A stretch of 63,789 nt of DNA, filler included, from Octopus bimaculoides (taxonomy: Eukaryota), in NCBI RefSeq assembly GCF_001194135.2. It is 7 parts of 7 records of this genome, joined end to end, with 100 filler letters (N's around TTAATTAATTAA, not from the genome) between each part and the next. Parts side by side here need not be neighbours in the genome. Positions count along the whole stretch, not along the records: positions 1 to 15,084 come from NC_068985.1; positions 15,185 to 37,013 come from NC_068991.1; 5 more parts are not named here. One strand, given 5' to 3'. Under the pieces are notes generated by a model, which saw nothing but the letters and a program-made list of their open reading frames with translations, did no database searches and was not told the origin of the DNA. Both the position numbers and the translations under genes were made by a program. Within the stretch, counting starts at the first letter, position 1, and every line of letters starts with the position of its first letter. This document shows, piece by piece, positions 13,711-24,545 of the stretch.

Positions 13711-13741
13711 TTCTTGGATCATACAGCTACTGTCACAAAAC
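13711..13741 (-). CDS. Probable S-crystallin 31-nt microexon (central loop)
   Basis: atatttatttctccaaaAG|GTTTTGTGACAGTAGCTGTATGATCCAAGAA|GTAAGT; phase 2-0; encodes (x)FCDSSCMIQE. It ends in the phase needed to join FQRSS and aligns loosely with (M)YQDGNCRMM of octopus S-crystallins. Homology is weaker than for the 30-nt exon. Confidence 0.65.
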
Positions 13742-14204
13742 CTTTTGGAGAAATAAATATATATATGAGAAATCTGATTGGCTTCTGTTTGGTCCTCGCC
13801 AACAGCTACGATTTTATATACCAACAATCACACATTGAGTTACTTCAAAGACAATACTTTTCAAGCACAATCAATAACCACACGGTGATTATTATTATAC
13901 TGGCACCGGTTTTAATAAGGAAATATTACTGGTGGTAATTTCACAACCGTCCATTTTATCCTTGCGATGAAGGTGCTGACTGAAACATCATATATAGAGT
14001 ACCAAGTACTTCATACAGGTGGAATGAATAAGATTTTGGCTACGATCTGGCTACATTATCAGTTACTGGCAGCTGGTAAATTTAAAAGAACTTGAGAAGC
14101 TCAAGCAATGAAATACAACTTGCCTTCTTCTGAGAAATGAGTGAGTTGTATTATGAAATCTTAAATCCCCTTTTCTAACTAGTTAAGAGACAAACGTACA
14201 TACA

Positions 14205-14283
<79 letters not shown>

Positions 14284-14523
14284 TGTGTGTGTGTGCGTTT
14301 GTATGTGTGTGCGTGGGTGAGTGTATGTGTATGTACATATACATTTATATATATAACTATCCCTGAGGAAGACCATCCCATGTTCGCAGCGGCATTCTCA
14401 TACTCGATCAAGTACCAGATAGTGATGGATGTTTATACATATACTTATATGTATATATGTCTCTATGTATGTATGTTTGTATGTCAGTATGTATGTATAG
14501 GCATACGCACATACACACGCATA

Positions 14524-15050
14524 CAGGTGGTTGATAAAATAATGGAAAAACCTTAAAATTTCAGACAAATTAATTTTAATATGGGATAGGACCACCTTTG
14601 GCAGTAATCGCAGCCTGAATTCTACGAGGTATGGACTCGTACAAAGTTTGAATTGTTTCCAAAGGAATTTTTATCCCTTCTTCAGCTAAAACAGTTTCTA
14701 ACTCTTGTAGTGGTGATGGTGGAGGATATCGACTCCTTACTTGTTTTTCTAACACACCATAAATGTTCAATAATATTGAGATTTGAGTACTGTGTTGGCC
14801 AGATAAGATGACCAACTTCACTAGAATGTTTGTCGTGCCATTCAGTAACGATTATAGCTGTGTGAATTGGTGCGTTATCATCCTGAAAGATTTCGTTTCC
14901 CTCCGGAAACAGTTCCGCAAATATAGGATGAATTTGATCAGATAAATTGCTTAAATAATCTTGACTATTAATTCTGCCATGAAGGGAAAGCATTGGGCCG
15001 GCGGATTTCCAAGATATAGCCCCCCCCCCCCAGATCATCACAGATCCTCC
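14524..15050 (-). mobile_element. Tc1-like DNA transposon, 3' half, degenerate, truncated at a scaffold join
   Basis: ORFs 14682-15041 and 14576-14821 give MIWG.ISW.SAGPM...GRINSQDY...IFQDDNAPIHTA...WPTQYSNLNIIEHLW...LEKQVR...IQTLYESIPRRIQAAITAKGGPIPY*, which is Tc1 DDE-domain-like with a frameshift. The TIR starts TA|CAGGTGGTTGATAAAATAATGG at 14522-14545. Confidence 0.92.
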
Positions 15051-15084
15051 TGCAATTTTAGCAAAACATATTAAGAAACACTAA

Positions 15085-15184
15085 NNNNNNNNNNNNNNNN
15101 NNNNNNNNNNNNNNNNNNNNNNNNNNNNTTAATTAATTAANNNNNNNNNNNNNNNNNNNNNNNNNNNNNNNNNNNNNNNNNNNN
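15085..15184. other. Artificial 100-bp scaffold spacer (44 N + TTAATTAATTAA + 44 N)
   Basis: The 12-mer at 15129-15140 has stops in all six frames; an identical construct recurs five more times. Confidence 0.95.
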
Positions 15185-15245
15185 TCCCCAGGCATTAAAC
15201 ACCCTCTTCTCACAAAATGTGAATGAAGTCTAATACAGTGAAGAC

Positions 15246-15550
15246 GCGTGGCTCTATGGTTAGGGTCTTTGCCTCACGATCGTAAGGTCGTAAGTTCAAT
15301 TCCCGGCGGCACTTGAGCAAGACACTTTACTTCACGTTGTTCCAATCCACTCAGCTGGCAAGAATGAGTAGTACCTGTAATTCAAAGGGGCCAGCCATAT
15401 TACATCCTGTGTTACGTTGAATCTCCCTGAGAACTACATCAAGGGTACACGTGTCTGTGGAGTGCTCAGCCACTTGCACGTTAATGTCACGAGCAGATTT
15501 TTCCGTTGAGAGGATCAGCTGGAACTCGTGTCGTCGTAACCGACGGAGCA
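15246..15550 (+). mobile_element. SINE family C copy (tRNA-like head, GGGTACACGTGTCTGTGGAGTGCTCAGCC core)
   Basis: Head GCGTGGCTCTATGGTTAGG...GTAAGTTCAATTCCCGGC; body shared with 20326-20681, 37620-37890 and 39889-40184. Confidence 0.8.
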
Positions 15551-16114
15551 CCAAGTTAGTTATTTCCAATACAAGCGCAAAGTCAATGGAATCAGATACG
15601 GTTACAGTCGATTATATCGACCCAATTACATGACTGGAATTTATTTTAGCGACCCTCGGAAAAAAAAATATATATATAATCCGAAGTTGATTTCGGTAGG
15701 ATTTGAACACTAACCCTAAAAAAACATAAGCAAACGTCATAAAATATTTTTGCAGGGGCTCTACTGATTTTGTTACCGATTGCCCTCAAGAGCTAATATT
15801 AATTAACTCGGAAGCAGGAAGCGAATAGCTCGTCAACATTACATTCGAATAACATTCGCATTTGTACGAGTGACAGGGAGGGCAGTTTATGTAAACATGT
15901 AGCAGTCCTCGAGAATGTGCATGTAATTCTGCCTGCATGGGATTTTTTTCATGCATGCCTTCATAGACGTACGTATATATATACTTACCAATGTGCGCAT
16001 GTATGTCGGCAAATATGTACGGGTGACTGTGTGTATACACGTAGTAACTACACATAGTGCACACACACATGAATATATATATATACACACACACACACAT
16101 ATGTGTATAGGTGT

Positions 16115-16148
<34 letters not shown>

Positions 16149-16166
16149 AATGTATATGTAAGTTTA

Positions 16167-16199
<33 letters not shown>

Positions 16200-16214
16200 G
16201 CATATGTAAGTTTA

Positions 16215-16245
<31 letters not shown>

Positions 16246-17171
16246 NNNNNNNNNNNNNNNNNNNNNNNNNNNNNNNNNNNNNNNNNNNNNNNNNNNNNNN
16301 NNNNNNNNNNNNNNNNNNNNNNNNNNNNNNNNNNNNNNNNNNNNNNNNNNNNNNNNNNNNNNNNNNNNNNNNNNNNNNNNNNNNNNNNNNNNNNNNNNNN
16401 NNNNNNNNNNNNNNNNNNNNNNNNNNNNNNNNNNNNNNNNNNNNNNNNNNNNNNNNNNNNNNNNTTTATATGTATATGTAAGTTTTTATATATATATATG
16501 CATGTGTGTGTGTATGAATGTATGTATGTACATAGGTGTATATATATATATATATATATATATGTATTCATACACAAGCACACGCACACACACACACACA
16601 TGTGTAAATGTATGTATGTATGTATGTACGTATATAGGTATGCGTGTATGCATGTATGTATATTATATATATGACGTGTCTTCTTTCCAAAGTTCATTTG
16701 GCAGAACAACAGGATCAGTTCTTAAAGGGGACAACAAAATTCTTTTGTCGTCGGAATTTTGACAAGTTGAGTGAAACGTCGGATTTCTGCGAAGTCTTAC
16801 ATATTTTCACTCCACTGCTAATGGACTGAATTAGAGAAGGAAGAAATTCTAAAACAATTTACATAACCCATTCTTATTCACGATGTTGTTGCCGCTGCTG
16901 TTTCTGTAGTTGTTGTTGCTTTTTGCTGAGAACTTCAACTACGTTAGTTTTTTTTCTTTAACGTTTGGCTGTGTAATTTAACTCAAAGATTTATTTATAA
17001 ATTTCAAACTTGTAACCTGGGCTGCGAACATTCGAAGTTAAGCTATGCCCCAGAGGATTCGAAATATTAGTTTCCAATACAACTAATGGTATCTATAAAA
17101 TAATACATATCGCCAATGAGGACATAACTTAAATCCCATCAGACATTTCGTTCGTTACTTTTACGATTCTT

Positions 17172-17253
17172 GCCCTCAATACACCAATAGCCCTCAGTAC
17201 ACCCATCGCCCTCAACACACCAATTGCCCTCAATACACCCATCGCCCTCAATA
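17172..17253. repeat. 18-bp tandem repeat, about 4.5 copies, with 36-bp higher-order alternation (GCCCTCAATACACCAATA / GCCCTCAGTACACCCATC)
   Basis: Units start at 17172, 17190, 17208, 17226 and 17244. Confidence 0.95.
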
Positions 17254-17559
17254 GAACTGATATCTATAACAAACAGTACTTAAACGGTTCCAAACCAAAC
17301 TTAATATCTATGATAACTTCAAGGCAGCAAGCTGGCTGAACTATTAGCGCACCAGACAACATGGTTTTAGCAGTATATCTTACGATAGCAACTTATTACG
17401 TTCCGTGCTCAAATCCCACTGGAGTCGACTTTGCTTTTCATTCTTTGGGGGTCAATAAAATAAAATACCAGTCAAGTACTAGGGTTGATGAAATTTCCGG
17501 CCTAGTGCCAATATTAGAAACAACAATGTATGTATGTTCTTCTGTTTCTCTTTTTAATT

Positions 17560-17887
17560 CGATTCAAATTTTGTAAGCCTAGTACTTATTCTATCGGTCT
17601 CTTTTGCCGAACCACTAAGTTACGGGGAATAAAACACACCACCATCGGTTGTCAAGCGATGTTGGGGGACAAATACAGACACACAAACATATATACACAC
17701 ATACATATATATATGTATATAAATATATACGACGGGATTCTTTCAGTTTCCGTCTACCAAATCCTCTCACAAGGCTTTGGTCGGCCCGAGGCTATAGTGG
17801 AAGACACTTACCCAAGGTGCCACGCAGTGGGAATGAACCCGGAACTTGTGGTTGGTAAGCAAGCTACTTACCACACAGCCACTCCTA
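17560..17887 (-). mobile_element. SINE family B copy (GTGGCTGTGTGGTAAGTAGCTTGCT...GGCACCTTGGGCAAGTGTCTTC... with internal TA/CA microsatellite)
   Basis: Near-identical blocks recur at about 25845-26280(+), 27860-28480(+), 29215-29705(+), 29788-30305(-), 34375-34683(-), 36362-36535(-), 49580-49903(-), 57050-57220(+) and 60305-60445(+). Confidence 0.88.
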
Positions 17888-20019
17888 AAGGAAAATAACT
17901 CCCTGTACAGAACACCAAATTAGTGCTCTAATTAATAGAGCAACAAAGCGAACAAATTTCAGGATTCAGAGTTCATTTTGTCAATATATTTCCCAACATC
18001 GGAATACTTCATAAAAATATACGTAAATAAAAATATGCAGATACGAAATATAAAGCATAAATATACTCGCATGGCATCGTATAGAATTGTATGTCCGTGT
18101 TTGGAATCAATGAGAAAGTTATTATACATGCACGGTCAAAATTGCATTAATCGAAATTGTCAAATGGACGAAAGGGTGGTTCAAAATGATTTTAAGAGGA
18201 ATCCATAGGTAAATCCAGTCAAAGTTCAGATTCTTACGGCCGTTTCAAGAACATGTGGTATGAAATGGGCGAACCATTTCCATTCATCTCAGTTATCCAC
18301 ATTTCTTTCTTGAGAGACGACTTAAGAGAATTTAAAAGATTTAAAAAAAGAATTTTTAAATATGTTCAAAAATATTTTAAATTTAAAGAATTTGAAGCTT
18401 GATACGAAAGTACTTGCTGTTCAGGCGTATGAAATAAAATAGATGCTGGATTTTAGTGTTTAAATAGACAGCAGAACGTTTAGCGGTAATGCTAATAGAC
18501 GAGGCCAAAATATAATAAGGGTTGACGGTTAAAATTATATACAGTCTGACCATTTAACGAGAGAAAAATTCGAAAGTTGAGAAATATATAAATGTATGTA
18601 TGTACACACACATATGTATATATGGGGTTAAAGAGAGAGAGAGGGGGGGGGATCCTTGTCACGCATAGTGTCACGGCACTAATTTCGTCTGGAGAGATCA
18701 CTTTAAGTCCCTAAGTCTCTGTGGGATACACAACCACGTACGATCTAGTTCAATGAATAGGCAGTTCGGTAGATCGTCGAAACCGACCGAGGATTCGTTT
18801 ACTTACTTACCTACCTTCCCTGCCGTTCGTCAGTGACCACACTCCAAGCACTGATGATGATGATGAGGATGATGATGATGATGATGCGGAGGAAGATGAC
18901 AATGATGATGATGATGATGCTGGTGGTGCCTGGTGGCGATGGCGGTGATGGTGGGAATTGTAATGACGATACTGCCAGTATTATCTGTAAGCAATTTCGG
19001 TTAAAATATTACTTTCGAAAACAAACAAATAAATAAATAAATAAATAACGAAGCCTTAATTTAAGAACAGAAAAAAATATGAAAAAAAAAAAATAAATAA
19101 AATAAACTGTGTTCATTCCTTCTCGTATCAAAACAAATTTGAATTAATTACTGTAGTGTCTCTACCATCATGTAAACGATCCGTTATTTTGGTCTCGAAA
19201 CGCAAATTTCAATTTGTATTACTTGTGCCAACCAATGTAAAAGAAACACACAAATAAAAGAAAAACAAACACGTTATTATTAGTAGTAGTAGTAGTATTG
19301 CTGCTGTTGTTGTTGTTCTTACTTCTCATTACAATAACATGGTTATTTGATTTGTAATGAAACCCAATGCAGAAGAAGATAACTATTTTTTCGGTTTCCC
19401 CAAAACTAAACCAACGCTAAAACATCACGCTTTTCCCCCCGTTGCCCTCTTCTCCACCTTGACGTGTCCGTGTCCGCTCTCTGATTAGATAACATGCTAT
19501 CTGTCTGTGTGTACCTCTCTACCCCCCCCTCTCTCTCTCTTTGCCTGCCTGTCAAACCTTTAATCCTGAAATGTTTGTAACTTAAAATACCAGAAAATAC
19601 GATATTTTTGCCCCGCCATAACATCTATATCCTGACGTCTATCTTGAAAAGATTGTTTTTCTTTTCATCTTCATACTCTTGCACCGTCGCTGTCATCATC
19701 ATCGTCATCGTCATCATCATCATCATCATCATCGTCATCAGCAGCATCGCCGTCACCATTGACAATATCGTTAGATCGTCGGGGAAAAATGGCTTGCGTT
19801 AATTCTTTTGGCTCTTTACGTCTGAGCAGCATTATAGGCCCCTAGGCAAATCAATGCGCTGGACCCTATAGCATTATTTAGCGATAACCGGCCACAGCAT
19901 ACATAGTTTAGAATTGAGCCCCTAAACCAGTGAAGTCCTTGGGTAACTGTCCAACGTGCCTATGACTTAAGATGGCGTAGGTTCTGAGCTCAAATTCCTT
20001 CGAAGCCAAACTGGCAGGA

Positions 20020-21600
20020 CAGGTGATGATCTGGTTGAAAAGATGGCTTGCTGATAGACTCGTCAGAGCATCTGACAAAATGCATTACGGTATTTTCTTT
20101 CGGCTTTTTATGTTCTGAGTTCATATCCCATCGAGGTTAACTTCGCCTTTCATCCTTTCGAAGTCGATCAATGCTGGCGTTCTTCCTAAATTAGAAACCA
20201 CTGGCAAATTAGCAGAATCGTTAGAACATTCGGACAAAACTTTTAGCGGTATTTCTTCCGGCTTTTTACAAAAACCGTCAAAGTCGACTTTCCCTATCCT
20301 TTTTACATTTTTTTTNNNNNNNNNNACTCGCGGTCATAGGATCACAATTTCGATTCCCAGATCGGGCGTTGTGAGTGTTTATTGAGCGAAAACACCTAAA
20401 GCTCCACGAGGCTCCGGTAGAGGATGGTGGCGAACCCTGCTGTACTCTTTCACCACAACTTTCTCTCACTCTTTCTTCCTGTTTCTGTTGTGCCTGTAAT
20501 TCAAAGGGTCAGCCGTGTCACACTCTGTGTCATGCTGAATATCCCCGAGAACTACGTTAAGGGTACACGTGTCTGTGGAGTGCTCAGCCACTTCCACGTT
20601 AATTTCACGAGCAGGCTGTTCTGTTGATCGGATCAACTGGAACCCTCGACGTCGTAAGCGACGGAGTGCCAACAGCAACAGGGTGGGGGGAGTCAATAAA
20701 ACATGAACCAAATGGAGCACTAGAAACGATGTAATCCACTGCCCCACCCCACCCACTCTCCTAAAAATTCAGGTGTCCTTCGCGCCGGACAAAATGTTTA
20801 GCGTCATTTCTTTTGGTTTTACATTCTGAGTTTAAATCCTGCCGAGGTCGACTTAGCCTTTCATTCCTTCAGGGCTGATGTAACAACTGCAAATCAAGTA
20901 CAGGGGGCAATGTAATCAACTGGCATCCTCCGGCAAAATTCCAGACCTTATGCCTGATCAGCTGGTAGAATCGTGAGCACGTGAGACAAAATTCTTGGCA
21001 GCATTTCTAATCTCTCTCAATGTTCTCAGTCCAAATACTGCCGAAGTCAACTTTGTCTTTCATCCTTTCGGAGGTCGATAAAGTAAAGTATCAGTAAAGT
21101 AGTGAAATCGATGGTATCGACTACCCTCCTCCCCCTCCCCCACTTCAAAAAGAAAACTACTGGTCTTGTGCCAAAATTTGGTCGGGCGAAATACTTGACG
21201 ACATTGTATCTGTCTTTCTGTTCTAAGTTCAAATTCCACCGAGGTCGACTTTGGCTTTCGTCCTTTCGGGGGTCGATGAAATACATACCAGTCACGTACT
21301 GGGGTCGATATAATCGACTATACCCCCTCCCCCAAATTTCAGCCCTTGTGCTTATAGTAGAAAGGATCATCATCACCATCATCATCATCATTATCATCAT
21401 TATCATCATCATCATTATCATCGTCATCATAACAGTAGAGCGTCGACTAAAAGCTCTGTGATATTTGCTCTGAATCTTAATGTCCTGGGTTCAAATCTCG
21501 CGAAGTTGAACTCTACCTTTCATCCCTCTGAGGTCGATAAAATAAATTACCGGTCAAGAGCTGAGATCGATTTAATCGTGTAGCTGCAAATTTTTTAGCT
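20020..21600. mobile_element. Dense SINE cluster: one family C copy (20326-20681) among about six family A copies
   Basis: Family A core repeated at about 20020-20180, 20200-20310, 20780-20950, 20960-21180, 21181-21368 (followed by a (CAT)n tail to about 21430) and 21440-21600. Confidence 0.85.
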
Positions 21601-22131
21601 TTCTAAGACGTTATTAGATAACTTAGGAATGCATGGATGTTACGCAACTATTGCCTTACAAAGAAACACCACGTCTTGACCACCAAAAATGCAATCCTAA
21701 AAATAAAGTCACGATCTATTCTCGATCAGTCAGTGCATCACGTTCTTGTGACTCGAGAATTTGAAACAAATCCCTCTTGATGGATGCAGAATGGCGGTTG
21801 ATGATCACATGACCACTTCAGAACGCTTCGATCGCAATATACATGATTACTCAATGAAGACGATTACCCAATCAATGCACAGTCGTGTACAGTCGACCGA
21901 TTGAACGAAATCGTGGGTCGGAAAAATAATTCCTTTTTAATTCATACATATTCGCGCGCGCGCACTCACACAACATACACACACACGCACACATATATAT
22001 ACAAAATACTTCTACATATATACGTATATACGAGGATGTGTGTGCGTGTATGTATATACGAGGATATTTATATATACATATATATGTGTGTGTGCGTATA
22101 TGTGTGTATATATATATATAATTTGTGTATA

Positions 22132-22300
22132 CAAATTTAATTTGCGGTCCATGGGAAGAGCCGTTTTAACGATGCGTCCTACCCAGCTCTTCGAAACGCC
22201 GGTGTTAAAACGGGGGTAGCTGATGAAGGTAAATGTTCTCTATGTGGCTTGTGCGTTTTCTTGTCTACGTTTTGTTTGCAATGTCCTGTACCCAGATATG
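22132..22300 (+). mobile_element. Probable Penelope-like element terminal-repeat fragment
   Basis: CAAATTTAATTTGCGGTCC...CGAAACGCCGGTGT...CTGATGAAGG...TTCTCTATGTGGC; the CGAAAC and CTGATGA words are typical of PLE pseudo-LTRs. The family assignment is by recall only. Confidence 0.45.
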
Positions 22301-22649
22301 CACCTATACATACAGGTGGATGTCGGTATGCACATACCTGTACGTATATATGCATATACTCATTTACTATTTGTTTAAATATATATATNNNNNNNNNNNN
22401 NNNNNNNNNNNNNNNNNNNNNNNNNNNNNNNNNNNNNNNNNNNNNNNNNNNNNNNNNNNNNNNNNNNNNNNNNNNNNNNNNNNNNNNNNNNNATACAACA
22501 TGTGTATTAACACATGCATAAATGTTGATTAGCTGACATTATTGTTCACTAAATTATCCGGTAACTGATAGTTACCGGAAGTTCACAAAAAGAGAAAGAC
22601 GAATGCCAGGAACCTCAAGCCGATAAGATTGTGCTGCAGCTGGTTACGG

Positions 22650-22870
22650 CGATGATGATGATGGTGGTGGTGGTGGTGGCGGCGGCGGCGGAGATAATGA
22701 TGATGTCGTTGCTAGTGATGATGACGATGATGGCGCTTATGGTGATGATGATAGTGATGGTAATTGTGAGAATGATGATGATGAGGAGGGGCAGGAGCAG
22801 GAGGAGCAGGATAAAGATGGCGACGATAATGACTATGATGATGATGATCATGATCATCATCATCATCATG
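22650..22870. repeat. Compound trinucleotide microsatellite (GAT/GGT/GGC/CAT)
   Basis: Visible; it produces the spurious poly-M/poly-I ORFs 22615-22956 and 22631-22930. Confidence 0.9.
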
Positions 22871-23125
22871 ATAAACACAGGAATACAACGCCTGCACTTC
22901 ACCCTCGCCCCTCTTTTGATATCTTTGTGAATGTGAATCGAGATAAAGTGATTCAACTCACCTATCCACCACTTAACTGCACTTCCCGCCCAAACCTCCC
23001 GCCCTCCTGCTAGTCCTGTTTACACACATACACACACATATATGTGTATGTATGCATATAAATATATATGTATATTCATACTTATATGCATATGTATGTA
23101 CACATACATATATGCATATGTATGT

Positions 23126-23184
<59 letters not shown>

Positions 23185-24261
23185 NNNNNNNNNNNNNNNN
23201 NNNNNNNNNNNNNNNNNNNNNNNNNNNNNNNNNNNNNNNNNNNNNNNNNNNNNNNNNNNNNNNNNNNNNNNNNNNNNNNNNNNNNNNNNNNNNNNNNNNN
23301 NNNNNNNNNNNNNNNNNNNNNNNNNNNNNNNNNNNNNNNNNNNNNNNNNNNNNNNNNNNNNNNNNNNNNNNNNNNNNNNNNNNNNNNNNNNNNNNNNNNN
23401 NNNNNNNNNNNNNNNNNNNNNNNNNNNNNNNNNNNNNNNNNNNNNNNNNNNNNNNNNNNNNNNNNNNNNNNNNNNNNNNNNNNNNNNNNNNNNNNNNNNN
23501 NNNNNNNNNNNNNNNNNNNNNNNNNNNNNNNNNNNNNNNNNNNNNNNNNNNNNNNNNNNNNNNNNNNNNNNNNNNNNNNNNNNNNNNNNNNNNNNNNNNN
23601 NNNNNNNNNNNNNNNNNNNNNNNNNNNNNNNNNNNNNNNNNNNNNNNNNNNNNNNNNNNNNNNNNNNNNNNNNNNNNNNNNNNNNNNNNNNNNNNNNNNN
23701 NNNNNNNNNNNNNNTGTGTGTGGGGGTACGCGCGTGTCTACCTATCAACCACTTGATAATTAGTGCTAGTGTGTTTACGTTCTGGTAACTTAGCGGTTCG
23801 GCAACAGACACTGGCAGAATAAGTACCAGGCTTTAAAAAAAATGAATAGTGGAGTCGATTTGTTCTACTGAAAATTCTTCAAGGCGGTGCCCCAACATGG
23901 CCGCAGTCTAACGATGACTGAAACAAGTATAAGATGTCTTAAGAAATATTGGAATTCTTCATCCCAAAATATAAAGGGGGGAATTATTTTCATAAAGACT
24001 GATTCAATGATAAGAGGAAAAAGAAAAAGGAAATTTTAAAAAAAAGCAAAGTAAGAGAGAAATAGATAAATAAAATCAGCGAAACGTATCGACGCCGTTA
24101 CAGTTGGTTGCTTCTTAGATTGTCAGGACATAAGATCTATCAATCTCTATCGTCAGTGAGAGACGTCTGTACAGACTCCACAGACTCCAATAACGTTCGC
24201 TCCACTGCTTCTTTCTGTTCATTCCCAGTGCACTTAACCTCGTAAAGAGCCGACGAGAGAG

Positions 24262-24545
24262 CCCTCTACCCGGTCGGTCAGATCTGCCAGAAATTGCAGC
24301 CAAACCCACAAATCACTCCCTTATTGTCTTAAGCAGGAAGGATATGTCGGATGACGTAGTTTTAAAAATTCTAAGAATATGGCTCTACGCGGTCGGTCAA
24401 ATCTGCTAGAAATTGCAGCCATAAGAAAATGGCTGGTAAAGAGACCCCTCTATGCGGTCAGTCAAATCTGCTAGAAATTGCAGCCAAGCTTCCCACAAAT
24501 CACACCCTTATTATCTTTAACAAGAAGGATATGTCGAATAATGTA
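24262..24545 (+). repeat. Three partial tandem copies of an interspersed repeat (CTCTA[CT]GCGGTC.GTCA.ATCTGC[CT]AGAAATTGCAGCC...)
   Basis: Copies start at about 24262, 24383 and 24447; related pieces occur at about 27495-27740(-) and 31320-31420(+). Confidence 0.75.

Noticed and set aside
18238-18287. Possible 50-nt minus-strand exon MNGNGSPISYHMFLKRP ending at GTAAGA
   Set aside because: The acceptor context is purine-rich with no pyrimidine tract, and there is no homology.
18833-19036. Poly-Met/poly-Asp ORFs (also 21047-21430, 22631-22930 and 26652-27082)
   Set aside because: Translations of (GAT)n/(CAT)n/(TTG)n microsatellites and SINE bodies.
19630-19700. Minus-strand peptide EDEKKNNLFKIDVR resembling S-crystallin GKNNMDMF[KR]VD
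   Set aside because: The flanking residues do not match, there is an in-frame stop soon after, and there are no splice sites.
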